Source: an uncultured Gammaproteobacteria bacterium
Lineage (GTDB): Bacteria > Patescibacteriota > Patescibacteriia > Patescibacteriales > UBA12465
Direction of reading: 5' to 3'
DNA: 36,575 nucleotides
Assembly (NCBI GenBank): GCA_964652745.1
Contig: CAZZBQ010000005.1
Location: 1-36,575, forward strand
In this document: in pieces, positions 7,106-15,003 of the stretch
How the letters are laid out: each line of letters begins with the position of its first letter
How positions within the stretch are numbered: the first letter of the stretch is position 1
Notes under the pieces: generated by a model
Seen by the model: only the letters and a program-made list of their open reading frames with translations
Database searches by the model: none
Told to the model about the DNA's origin: nothing
Position numbers and translations under genes: made by a program

Positions 7106-7720
7106 CTACCCCGCTATCAACTTAAATAAAAAGTTAACCGGCACGCTAATTACTGGACTAAAAAGCATCACAATCAAGATAACAGCAATAAATCCAAAAC
7201 GCTCATGACGCAAATATCTTTCTTTTAAATCTGCTGGCAAGAAGGTCGCTAAAACCTTAGAGCCATCAAGTGGTGGAATCGGCAAAAGATTGAAAACCAT
7301 GAGCAGAATATTGATATAAATAATCACGCTCAAAAGACCGGCAAAAGTTAAACTAATAAAGGGCACAAACTTTAAAATCAAACCAAAGGCTACAGCTACC
7401 GCTAAGTTAGATAACGGGCCCGCTAGAGCCACCTTAGCATCACCATACTTACGATCGCGCAAATTATATGGGTTATAAGGCACCGGCTTAGCCCAGCCGA
7501 TAACAAATCCGACCCCTGATAGAATCATCATAAACGGCAAGAAAAAAGACCCAAACCAGTCAAGGTGCGCCAGCGGATTTAAGGTTAAACGACCAGCATT
7601 TTTCGCCGTATCATCTCCCAAACTATGGGCGACGAAGCCATGCATATATTCATGGATTATGGCGGAAAAAATCAACACTATTATTTGGAATATATAGATC
7701 ATATGTTCTAATAATAGCAT
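7106..7720 (-). CDS. Site-2 protease family (peptidase M50) membrane metalloprotease
   Basis: 204 aa. HEYMHGFVAH (HExxH in a TM helix), later LNLLPIPPLDGSKV (the NxxPxxxLDG motif typical of M50). An alternative ATG at 7702 (MIYIFQ) is possible. Confidence 0.85.
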   Translation of the reverse strand: MLLLEHMIYIFQIIVLIFSAIIHEYMHGFVAHSLGDDTAKNAGRLTLNPLAHLDWFGSFFLPFMMILSGVGFVIGWAKPVPYNPYNLRDRKYGDAKVALAGPLSNLAVAVAFGLILKFVPFISLTFAGLLSVIIYINILLMVFNLLPIPPLDGSKVLATFLPADLKERYLRHERFGFIAVILIVMLFSPVISVPVNFLFKLIAG

Positions 7721-7723
7721 GAC

Positions 7724-7752
7724 TTGATTAATTTTAGAAATGTTGTTAGAAT
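7724..7752 (+). promoter_or_regulatory. Candidate rpmB promoter
   Basis: TTGATT, 17 nt, TAGAAT, 32 nt upstream of the ATG at 7784. Confidence 0.45.
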
Positions 7753-7783
7753 AGGAACATCATAAATAAGAAAATAAAGCAAT

Positions 7784-8014
7784 ATGGCGAAAAAATGTGA
7801 TTTATGCGGACGCGGTGCAACTAAGGGAGCAAGTCGTTCTCATTCTAAAGTAAAAACCCTGAAAAAGCAGAATATCAATCTTCAAAGCAAAACTATCGGT
7901 GGTGATAAGTTCAAACTTTGCACCTCCTGCCTCAGGACAATGGATAAGCCAAAGCGTGTTAAGGGCAAAGGCGTCGTAAAGACTGCCGCGGCCGCCGCTA
8001 AAGCTGCCAAATAA
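7784..8014 (+). CDS. rpmB: 50S ribosomal protein L28
   Basis: 76 aa. MAKKCDLCGRGATKGASRSHSKVKTLKKQNINLQSK... matches the L28 N-terminal pattern (C..CGK....GN.vSHs...T.R.f.pNLq). Lys/Ala-rich C-terminus. Confidence 0.85.
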   Translation: MAKKCDLCGRGATKGASRSHSKVKTLKKQNINLQSKTIGGDKFKLCTSCLRTMDKPKRVKGKGVVKTAAAAAKAAK

Positions 8015-8035
8015 GTTTTTCAAAAACTACAATAC

Positions 8036-8066
8036 AAAAACTGCCTCGCAAGGGGCAGTTTTTTGT
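8036..8066. terminator. Bidirectional terminator between rpmB (+) and comEC (-)
   Basis: AAAAACTGCC-TCGCAAGG-GGCAGTTTTTTG. 6-bp GC-rich stem with an A-run upstream and a T-run downstream. Confidence 0.65.
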
Positions 8067-9355
8067 TAAAACTTGTCTATCTCCAAAATCGCCCCTGGCC
8101 AAGAAGACATTAGACGCGCAGCCTCAAATAAAAACGTTAGAAGATAATAAGCTGGCAGATATAAAAATGGACCAAGCGCCGGAATAAGCCCCGCTATTGG
8201 TAATGGAATGATTAATGCGGCGAGCAAAAATGGAAATATCCAAGCGACCAGCGGATTGGAAATTAAAGAGATAAGCGACAATTGCCCAAAATTAATTAAC
8301 ATAATTGGCGCAACGGCTAACTGACAAACGGTAGTTAAACTAAATATTTCCCAAACAATAATTAATATTTTTCCTAAGCGGCCCGGCAGCCGCTTTTTTA
8401 TTTTTCGTGCTATTGGTTTGCCCAGCGGATAAAGATATAAAATTGCCAGCACGGCTAAAAATGATAACTGAAAACCAATATCATCCCGTAATAATCGTGG
8501 CTCGAAAAATAACATTGCCGAAGCGGCAAAAACTAAAGCATTGACCGCGCTTCCTAGACGTCCAGAATAAAACGCTAAAAAAACTAAGCCACCCATAATC
8601 CCCGCTCTTACCGCTGAAGCACTCAGTCCGGTAATAAAAGGGTATAAAATTAAAAAAGAAAAAATTAAACGCGCGCTCGCTCGACGCGACAAGCCGAGAT
8701 AAGCAGCTAGCCAAGCCAGCATCGCCGCCATAATAGTAATATGCGAACCAGATATCGCAATTAAATGACTTAAGCCAGTGCGCGCAAAAGCATCACTGTC
8801 TTCTTCGCTAATTGTTCGCCGATAACCAAGTAAAAGCGCTGTGCCTAAACCGGCTTCCGGCTCAGGCAAAGACTTTTCTAAAATATTTCTTAGTGCCCAT
8901 TTACCTTGTAATAGACTTAGATAAACATTCTGACCTAGAGATAATTTTCCTCCTGACAGTTCAAGTTGCGGATAATACATCACCGAATAAATTCCAAAAC
9001 GAGCTAAATAACGCGCGTAGTCAAAGCCGTCAAACTTTGGCGGTGCCTGGATTAGACCAGAAATTTTTAAAAAATCACCATAATCATAATGCGGATAAAG
9101 CTTACTGGTTATAAGTATTCTTTCTTCACCAGCGCAGACTATTAATCGTCTATCATTATAATCGGCTTCACTTTCCGCACAAACACGGCCGATAAATTCC
9201 TGGCGACTATCATAATATGAAGATAAGCCGCCGGGCCTTAACTCCGACGAAAAAGCCTCGGAGTTTAGGCTTAAAATAGCAATCAAAAAAATATGAGCCA
9301 GGTTAAAGTATAAAAAAGCACGCGCCTTGCTCAATTTAAAATACCATCGTTTCAT
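8066..9355 (-). CDS. comEC: ComEC/Rec2-family DNA internalisation channel protein (short form, no metallo-beta-lactamase domain)
   Basis: 429 aa. N-terminal OB/DUF4131-like region, then a polytopic competence domain with the characteristic FARTGLSHLIAISGSHITIM motif. It ends after the membrane domain. Confidence 0.8.
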   Translation of the reverse strand: MKRWYFKLSKARAFLYFNLAHIFLIAILSLNSEAFSSELRPGGLSSYYDSRQEFIGRVCAESEADYNDRRLIVCAGEERILITSKLYPHYDYGDFLKISGLIQAPPKFDGFDYARYLARFGIYSVMYYPQLELSGGKLSLGQNVYLSLLQGKWALRNILEKSLPEPEAGLGTALLLGYRRTISEEDSDAFARTGLSHLIAISGSHITIMAAMLAWLAAYLGLSRRASARLIFSFLILYPFITGLSASAVRAGIMGGLVFLAFYSGRLGSAVNALVFAASAMLFFEPRLLRDDIGFQLSFLAVLAILYLYPLGKPIARKIKKRLPGRLGKILIIVWEIFSLTTVCQLAVAPIMLINFGQLSLISLISNPLVAWIFPFLLAALIIPLPIAGLIPALGPFLYLPAYYLLTFLFEAARLMSSWPGAILEIDKF

Positions 9356-9411
9356 GATGGCATTTTACTATTTCCCTACTGATTAAAATCTAAACTATTT
9401 CTGAAGTATTT

Positions 9412-10518
9412 TTAGCGTTTCAAAAAGCGCAAATAAGCTTCCATAAACTGGCTCAAATCACCATCAAGTACTGCTTCAACGCTTGAAGTTTCATATTCGC
9501 TGCGATGGTCTTTAACTAACTTGTTGCCATACATAAAATATGAACGAATCTGTTTTCCCCATTCCGCTTTATTATCTCCTTTCAACTTTTTCTCTTCAGC
9601 TTCCCTGTCTTCAATTACGCGCTGACTGAGTTTCGCGCGCAGAATCTTCATGGCATTTTCTTTGTTCTGATGCTGCGAACGTTCCGTCTGGCAAGTTACA
9701 GTGATGTTAGTAGCTAAATGAACAATGCGCACCGCTGAGTCAGTGGTATTAACACTCTGTCCTCCTGGACCGCTAGACCGAAAGACATCAATGCGAATAT
9801 CATCATCTTTTATCACAACCTCATCATCATCAGCTAACTCTGGAATAACCTCAACTAGAGCAAAGGAAGTTTGGCGCAAACCATCGGCATTAAATGGCGA
9901 ATTTCTAAGCAAACGATGAACACCGTTTTCACTCTTTAAATAACCATAGGCATAAGGACCGACAACTCGAAAATCAACACTTTTGATTCCCGCTTCATTA
10001 CCATAATTTCTATCTAAAATTTCCGCCTTAAATCCCTGACGTTCGGCAAAACGAAAATACATCCGTTCCAACATCTGGGCCCAATCCTGAGCATCAACTC
10101 CGCCCGTACCAGCATGAATAGAAATTATTGCATTGTCGCGGTCATATTTACCTGAAAAAAAAGATTGAAATTCTAAGTGACCAAAGTCTTTTTCTAATTG
10201 TAAAAACCTTGTTTCCAAATCACTTGTTAAAGCGCTTAAAGACAAATCGTCATTATCCTCTCTTTCCGCCAAAGCAGCAATTTCTTCCAGGTCGCGGATA
10301 TTATCACTTAACTGATTCCATTTAGCAACTTCATCAGCCAAACCTTCAGCCTCACGACTGACTTTGACCGCTTCAGCCTGATTATCCCAAAAACCGGGCT
10401 CAGCCATTTTCAGACGTAACCCTTTTTCCTTCACTTCCTTGCCATCAATATCCATCAGTTCTCTAGTTTTAAGAAAGCGCTGGCGCAAATCTTCAATTTT
10501 CTTAAGTAATGTGTCCAT
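9412..10518 (-). CDS. prfB: Peptide chain release factor 2, encoded in a single frame with no +1 frameshift site
   Basis: SPF tripeptide (LLRNSPFNADGLRQTSFA) and GGQ (SSGPGGQSVNTTDSAVRIVHLATNITVTCQTERSQHQNKENA). Start moved to the ATG at 10518 (MDTLLKKIEDLRQRF). The ORF-track extension to 10614 overlaps rpsI and contains a terminator hairpin. Confidence 0.9.
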   Translation of the reverse strand: MDTLLKKIEDLRQRFLKTRELMDIDGKEVKEKGLRLKMAEPGFWDNQAEAVKVSREAEGLADEVAKWNQLSDNIRDLEEIAALAEREDNDDLSLSALTSDLETRFLQLEKDFGHLEFQSFFSGKYDRDNAIISIHAGTGGVDAQDWAQMLERMYFRFAERQGFKAEILDRNYGNEAGIKSVDFRVVGPYAYGYLKSENGVHRLLRNSPFNADGLRQTSFALVEVIPELADDDEVVIKDDDIRIDVFRSSGPGGQSVNTTDSAVRIVHLATNITVTCQTERSQHQNKENAMKILRAKLSQRVIEDREAEEKKLKGDNKAEWGKQIRSYFMYGNKLVKDHRSEYETSSVEAVLDGDLSQFMEAYLRFLKR

Positions 10519-10541
10519 ATATCTTAGGTTATCACATAAAT

Positions 10542-10577
10542 CAACAAAAACAAAACCGACCCTGAAAAGAGTCGGCT
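10542..10577 (-). terminator. Intrinsic terminator-like hairpin between rpsI and prfB
   Basis: Minus strand reads AGCCGACUCU-UUUC-AGGGUCGGUU (10 bp including two G-U pairs) followed by UUGUUUUUG. It ends about 24 nt upstream of the prfB ATG. Confidence 0.6.
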
Positions 10578-10598
10578 GTTTGTATTTGCAAAGTGTAA

Positions 10599-11096
10599 TT
10601 AACGTTTTGACCATTGTGGAGCCTTTCTGGCTTTGCGTAAACCTGGTTTCTTTCTTTCAACTTGACGTGGATCACGAGTCAAGAAACCATTAGCCTTTAA
10701 AGCTTCTTTAGAGGCTGGATCAATTTCTAAAATTGAGCGGGCAATACCTAACTTAACGGCGTCAACTTGACCAAATTTCCCACCACCTTTAACGATAACG
10801 GAGAAATTATAATCACGCCCATGGCCAGTAACCTTCATCGGTTGACCGATAATGCCATAGCCTTCACCAGGAAAATAAGCAGCAGCACGCATACCATTAA
10901 CCATGATAACACCCTTACCACCCTCATAAAGTCTAACCTGGGCAACGGCCTGCTTGCGACGTCCAACAGCGGCAATATATTTACCGGAGAATTCAACGGT
11001 TTCATTTTTCGCCCAATCTCTATCTTCATCCATAGTATCAGTTTCGGCGACGACCATCTCTTCGTCTCTGATCATTTTTATCTTTTTTTCTGCCAT
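10599..11096 (-). CDS. rpsI: 30S ribosomal protein S9 with an acidic N-terminal extension of about 38 aa
   Basis: 165 aa. The core is YIAAVGRRKQAVAQVRLYEGGKGVIMVNG ... and it ends RKKPGLRKARKAPQWSKR. The start lies 1 nt after the rplM stop. Internal Met codons (M8, M14, M22) cannot be excluded as starts. Confidence 0.9.
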   Translation of the reverse strand: MAEKKIKMIRDEEMVVAETDTMDEDRDWAKNETVEFSGKYIAAVGRRKQAVAQVRLYEGGKGVIMVNGMRAAAYFPGEGYGIIGQPMKVTGHGRDYNFSVIVKGGGKFGQVDAVKLGIARSILEIDPASKEALKANGFLTRDPRQVERKKPGLRKARKAPQWSKR

Positions 11097-11097
11097 A

Positions 11098-11454
11098 TTA
11101 TTTGATGATTAATCTTTTCAGCATACCAGGACGAAGCTTGGTTGGAGGAAGCATATCACGGACAGCCTTCTTCAAGACCTCACCAGGATTACCAGCAAAA
11201 ACCTCCGACATCTTCTTGGTTTTGAGACCGCCGATATATCCGGAAAAATGATAGTATTCCTTTTGGTCAAACTTCTTACCAGTGAATTTCATCTGGCCAG
11301 CATTGACGATTTCAACGATATCGCCTAAATCAAGATGAGCTTGATATTCAGGCTTATTCTTACCACGCAAGATAAGAGCAACCTGGGTAGCCAAACGACC
11401 AACAGTCTGTCCGGCAGCGTCAATCTTGTGCAGTTTTCTTTCTATATTTTTCAT
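11098..11454 (-). CDS. rplM: 50S ribosomal protein L13
   Basis: 118 aa. KLHKIDAAGQTVGRLATQVALILRGKNKPEYQAHLDLGDIVEIVNA... is the canonical L13 N-terminus. rplM-rpsI pair. Confidence 0.93.
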   Translation of the reverse strand: MKNIERKLHKIDAAGQTVGRLATQVALILRGKNKPEYQAHLDLGDIVEIVNAGQMKFTGKKFDQKEYYHFSGYIGGLKTKKMSEVFAGNPGEVLKKAVRDMLPPTKLRPGMLKRLIIK

Positions 11455-11459
11455 ATTGG

Positions 11460-11810
11460 TTATACTAATTCAATCTGGACCATCTCAGCACCATCGCCTT
11501 GACGAGCACCTAATTTAACGACGCGAGTATAGCCGCCAGCCCTCTCCTTATAACGAACACCGAGGACTTCAATTGTTTTCTTAACTGCATTTTCCTGCAA
11601 TAAGACCTTAATCAAGCCGCGTCTAGCTGCCAAATCTCCTGCCTTAGCAGAAGTAATCATTCTTTCTACTAAAGGACGAACAGCCGCAGCCTTAGCCTTG
11701 GTAGTTTTAACCTTTTCATATAAAAGAATACTGGAAGCCAGGTTTCTAAGCATCAGCTCACGCGGACCTTTTTCCCGATCTAGGATTTTATTTTTATTTC
11801 TGTGGCGCAT
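11460..11810 (-). CDS. rplQ: 50S ribosomal protein L17
   Basis: 116 aa. MRHRNKNKILDREKGPRELMLRNLASSILLYEKVKTTKAKAAAVRPLVERMIT. Follows rpoA. Confidence 0.94.
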   Translation of the reverse strand: MRHRNKNKILDREKGPRELMLRNLASSILLYEKVKTTKAKAAAVRPLVERMITSAKAGDLAARRGLIKVLLQENAVKKTIEVLGVRYKERAGGYTRVVKLGARQGDGAEMVQIELV

Positions 11811-11816
11811 AAAACT

Positions 11817-12683
11817 TTATTTCTTGGTTTTCTTAACTTTTTCTTTCTTCTCCTTCTTCTCTTCTTCAACTACTTCTTCAACCTCAGGAGTTTCTTCAGC
11901 GATTACTTCTTCTACAGGCTCAGCTTCAACCTCAGCTTCAACAGCTGATTCTTCGCTTACGTGTGCTGCTTGAGCCTCTTCTTCGGCGCGAGCAATGCCG
12001 CCAGGTAAAAGAGCGCTGAATTGATCAACGAGGATTTTAACAGCTTCGTTGAAAGCATCTTCTGGGGAAATAGTGCCATCAGTCTTAACGTTTAAGATAA
12101 GCTTATCCCAGTTGGTCATTTTACCAACACGAGCACTTTCTACGTTAATACTAACAACGGTAACTGGAGAAAAAACAGAATCTATCTCAATGTAACCGAG
12201 TTCTTTATTTTCACGCTTGCTGCCCTCAGTCATACGATAACCGCGACCGGAGCGAACCAAAATTTCAGCTTCAAGACTACCGGCCTCATTAGTGATATTA
12301 GCAAGAACGAGTTCTGGATTCTTAATCTCAACTTGGCTATCTTTAATAATATCAGCGGCAGTAACAACCTTCTTGCCTTTAACTTTGATATATAAGCGCA
12401 CCTCTTCTTCAGTAAACATCTTTAAGCGTAACTGCTTGAAGTTCAAAATCATTTCTAAAACATCTTCCTTGATGTGAGGGATGGCCATAAACTCATGGCT
12501 AGCGCCTTTAATTTTGACGCCAATAACAGCGGCTCCTGGTAAAGAAGACAAGAGAACGCGGCGCAATGAGTTGCCTAAAGTCATACCATATCCAGGAAAC
12601 AGTGGTTCAACCGTAATAACCCCCTCATTGGGATTGCCAACTGAGTTAAAAGTAATTTTTTTAGGGTTAGCAATGTTTTGCAT
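11817..12683 (-). CDS. rpoA: DNA-directed RNA polymerase alpha subunit. N-terminal domain only, plus a 59-aa acidic/lysine tail; no recognisable alpha-CTD.
   Basis: 288 aa. EPLFPGYGMTLGNSLRRVLLSSLPGAAV, SPVTVVSINVESARVGKMTNWDKLILNVKTDGTISPEDAF. The C-terminal tail is IARAEEEAQAAHVSEESAVEAEVEAEPVEEVIAEETPEVEEVVEEEKKEKKEKVKKTKK. Position between rpsD and rplQ. Confidence 0.9.
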   Translation of the reverse strand: MQNIANPKKITFNSVGNPNEGVITVEPLFPGYGMTLGNSLRRVLLSSLPGAAVIGVKIKGASHEFMAIPHIKEDVLEMILNFKQLRLKMFTEEEVRLYIKVKGKKVVTAADIIKDSQVEIKNPELVLANITNEAGSLEAEILVRSGRGYRMTEGSKRENKELGYIEIDSVFSPVTVVSINVESARVGKMTNWDKLILNVKTDGTISPEDAFNEAVKILVDQFSALLPGGIARAEEEAQAAHVSEESAVEAEVEAEPVEEVIAEETPEVEEVVEEEKKEKKEKVKKTKK

Positions 12684-12691
12684 ACTATTTT

Positions 12692-13318
12692 TTATTTTGA
12701 ATAATATTCAATAATCATTTGAACGTTGATGCTCTGTGGGAGATCTTCGTCCTTCGGGTCATGAAGAATTTTAGCAACTAAGCCATCAGTATTAAAATTC
12801 AACCAGCTCGGTCTCTCAGCTTTCACGAGCTGTTCATTTACATTTCGGAAATAAGGACTCTTCTGACTGTTTTTGCGAACTTTAATTTCCTGCCCTTCTT
12901 TAACTTGAAAAGATGGAATATCAGCTTTGCGATCATTGACTACAAAATGACCATGGTTAACTAGCTGCCTAGCTTGAGCGCGAGAATTTGCAAAACCAAG
13001 ACGAAAGACAACATTATCCAAACGAGATTCAAGAGCCTTTAAGAAATTCTTACCAGCATCTCCTTGCTTCTTAGCAGCTTTTTCAAAAGTGAGGCGGAAT
13101 TGTTTTTCAGAAACACCATAGTATCTCTTTGCCTTTTGCTTTTCAGCCAGCTGCGTACCGAAGTCGCTTAAACGCTTGCGAGGTTTATTACCTTGAGCGC
13201 CCGGAGCGTAGTTACGCTTTACCATTGCGCACTTTGGAGAAAAACAACGCTCTCCCTTAAGGAAAAGTTTTTCACCGGCGCGACGGCATTGCTTACATTT
13301 GTTATCAATATTTCTCAT
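12692..13318 (-). CDS. rpsD: 30S ribosomal protein S4
   Basis: 208 aa. CKQCRRAGEKLFLKGERCFSPKCA zinc-ribbon N-terminus, LESRLDNVVFRLGFANSRAQARQLVNHGHFVVN S4 domain. Confidence 0.95.
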   Translation of the reverse strand: MRNIDNKCKQCRRAGEKLFLKGERCFSPKCAMVKRNYAPGAQGNKPRKRLSDFGTQLAEKQKAKRYYGVSEKQFRLTFEKAAKKQGDAGKNFLKALESRLDNVVFRLGFANSRAQARQLVNHGHFVVNDRKADIPSFQVKEGQEIKVRKNSQKSPYFRNVNEQLVKAERPSWLNFNTDGLVAKILHDPKDEDLPQSINVQMIIEYYSK

Positions 13319-13339
13319 ATTCGTTTATATCTTATTAGC

Positions 13340-13936
13340 TTAGACCCTTCTTGGTTTCTTCGGACGGCAGCCATTATGAGGAACTGGGGTCGTATCTTTA
13401 ATAGAAGCTACTTCTAAGCCATTAGCATTTAAAGCGCGGATAGCAGCCTCGCGGCCAGTACCAACACCAGAAACGAAAACGTTAACTTCTTGAAGTCCGT
13501 ATTCTTCTTTAGCTTTCTGGGTAGCAATCTTAGTGATGATTTGAGCGGCATAAGGGGTAGCTTTTTTGGCGCCCTTGAAACCGGCTAAACCAGCGGAAGC
13601 CCAGGAAATAACATCGCCATTATTATCAGTTAAGGTAATCATGGTATTGTTGTAGGTCGCTTGGATATAAGCACGCCCAGATTTAACTACTTTCGCAGTT
13701 TTTTTCTTTTTCTTCTTGACGAGCTTTTTCTTAGCACGAGCGGCCTTATTCTTTTCTAGCTTCTGCTTGATTTCTTCCGGTAACTCCTCATCAGAAGAAT
13801 CAAAAGAGAAGGCAGCGAGTTCATCGCGCTCTTCTTTTTCTTCTCCCTTAGCTGCCTTTTCTTCGGCAACCGGAGCGGCGGCAGCCAATTTGGCTTCCTC
13901 CTTAGCGGCTAAATCTTTGTTTTCTTTGTCAGACAT
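13340..13936 (-). CDS. rpsK: 30S ribosomal protein S11 with a charged N-terminal extension of about 70 aa
   Basis: 198 aa. The core is [46 protein letters not shown] ... [16 protein letters not shown]. The extension is [80 protein letters not shown] found no ATG, GTG or TTG codon in the stretch just before the core. Confidence 0.92.
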   Translation of the reverse strand: MSDKENKDLAAKEEAKLAAAAPVAEEKAAKGEEKEERDELAAFSFDSSDEELPEEIKQKLEKNKAARAKKKLVKKKKKKTAKVVKSGRAYIQATYNNTMITLTDNNGDVISWASAGLAGFKGAKKATPYAAQIITKIATQKAKEEYGLQEVNVFVSGVGTGREAAIRALNANGLEVASIKDTTPVPHNGCRPKKPRRV

Positions 13937-13963
13937 ATTTTGAAAACTTCGTGTGTGTTAGGA

Positions 13964-14359
13964 TTAGGTCTTCTGTAGGCCGGCCTTGCTCTTACCGCTG
14001 CCCATAGTTACGCGCTTGTTTCCGCGAACGGTACGGCTATTGGTCTTAGTTCTCTGACCTCTAGCTGGCAAGTGCTTAATGTGGCGCAAGCCTCGGAAAC
14101 AACCGATTTCTTTTAGACGTTTGATATTACTCTGAACCTCGCGGCGCAGGTCGCCTTCAACCGTAAACTGCTTCTCAATCATTTCTCTGAGGCGATTGAC
14201 ATCTTCTTCTTTAAGATCCTTAACACGGATGTCGCGATCAACCTTAGCGGTTTCTAAAATCTTATTTGATCTAGTACGGCCAATCCCGTAAATATAGGTC
14301 AAAGCGATTTCAACTCTTTTATCATTAGGGATATTAACCCCAGCTATTCTTACTGCCAT
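13964..14359 (-). CDS. rpsM: 30S ribosomal protein S13
   Basis: 131 aa. [36 protein letters not shown]... Confidence 0.95.
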   Translation of the reverse strand: MAVRIAGVNIPNDKRVEIALTYIYGIGRTRSNKILETAKVDRDIRVKDLKEEDVNRLREMIEKQFTVEGDLRREVQSNIKRLKEIGCFRGLRHIKHLPARGQRTKTNSRTVRGNKRVTMGSGKSKAGLQKT

Positions 14360-14374
14360 AAAAAAATAAAATTA

Positions 14375-14488
14375 CTACCCTTGCCTCTGCTTGTGCTTGG
14401 GGTTTTTGCAAATAACGTGGACCCGACCTTTACGTCTCACTACTTTGCAATCCTTACAGATTTTCTTAGCGCTAGCTCTAACTTTCAT
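14375..14488 (-). CDS. rpmJ: 50S ribosomal protein L36
   Basis: Not in the ORF track (37 aa). Reverse-strand ATG at 14488 gives [37 protein letters not shown], stop TAG at 14377-14375. Canonical Cys/His L36 pattern and canonical position between infA and rpsM. Confidence 0.93.
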   Translation of the reverse strand: MKVRASAKKICKDCKVVRRKGRVHVICKNPKHKQRQG

Positions 14489-14592
14489 AGTTTTACGATA
14501 TTCGTGTTTGCTATAATTTAACTGCGAGGTTATTTAAAGCAATTCTTCATGATTTAGATGTCTACTCTCCGCAGACTTGGCCCGTTCAATAT

Positions 14593-14838
14593 TTACATGC
14601 GATAGGTTATTCGTCCCTTAGTTAAATCATAGGGACTAATTTGAAGCTTGACTTTATCACCTGGAAGCAAGCGGATGCGATTCATCCTCATCTTGCCAGA
14701 CAAATGCGCCAAGATTTCATGGCCATTTTCCAAGGCAACCCGAAAGCTGGCAGCAGGCATCAGCTCTAAAACTTCGCCTTGCATTTCTATAAAATCCTTC
14801 GCATTCAAGCTCTCGGAACCCTCATTATTGTTACCCAT
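14593..14838 (-). CDS. infA: Translation initiation factor IF-1
   Basis: [68 protein letters not shown] is the S1-like IF-1 fold. ATG at 14838 ([10 protein letters not shown]...) is preferred over the TTG at 14856 given in the ORF track. Confidence 0.9.
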   Translation of the reverse strand: MGNNNEGSESLNAKDFIEMQGEVLELMPAASFRVALENGHEILAHLSGKMRMNRIRLLPGDKVKLQISPYDLTKGRITYRM

Positions 14839-14854
14839 TTGTTTTAATCTTAAC

Positions 14855-14892
14855 AAAAAAAAGTTTGATAAAGACAGGACTGCCTTATCAAA
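14855..14892 (-). terminator. Intrinsic terminator-like hairpin in the infA leader / downstream of alaS
   Basis: Minus strand reads UUUGAUAAGGCAG-UC-CUGUCUUUAUCAAA (about 13 bp, one bulged U, one G-U pair) followed by C and U8. The opposite-strand version has A-C mismatches, so the structure is specific to the minus strand. The U-run ends 16 nt before the infA ATG. Confidence 0.65.
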
Positions 14893-14944
14893 GTTCTTTC
14901 AAGAATTTTTTTCGCTTATTTAATTCAATATTCTTAATAAAAAC

Positions 14945-14973
14945 ATTATAGAGATAAGATTCAAAGTTGTCAA
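14945..14973 (-). promoter_or_regulatory. Consensus sigma70-type promoter upstream of infA
   Basis: Minus strand reads TTGACA (14973-14968), exactly 17 nt, TATAAT (14950-14945). It lies between the alaS stop and the terminator hairpin. Confidence 0.6.
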
Positions 14974-15003
14974 TAGATAAGCAGATTTAAAAAAGCTTTA
15001 GAA

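Noticed and set aside
10519-10614. ORF-track N-terminal extension of prfB overlapping rpsI
   Set aside because: The extension (MVKTLITLCKYKQPTLFRVGFVFVDL...) translates through a terminator hairpin and overlaps the rpsI 3' end. RF2 homology begins at the ATG at 10518.
14489-14592. 104-nt infA-rpmJ spacer as an ncRNA or internal promoter
   Set aside because: Only weak 4-5-bp pairings (CTGCG/CGCAG) and an imperfect TTGCTT-18-AATTAT match. This is not distinguishable from chance in AT-rich sequence.
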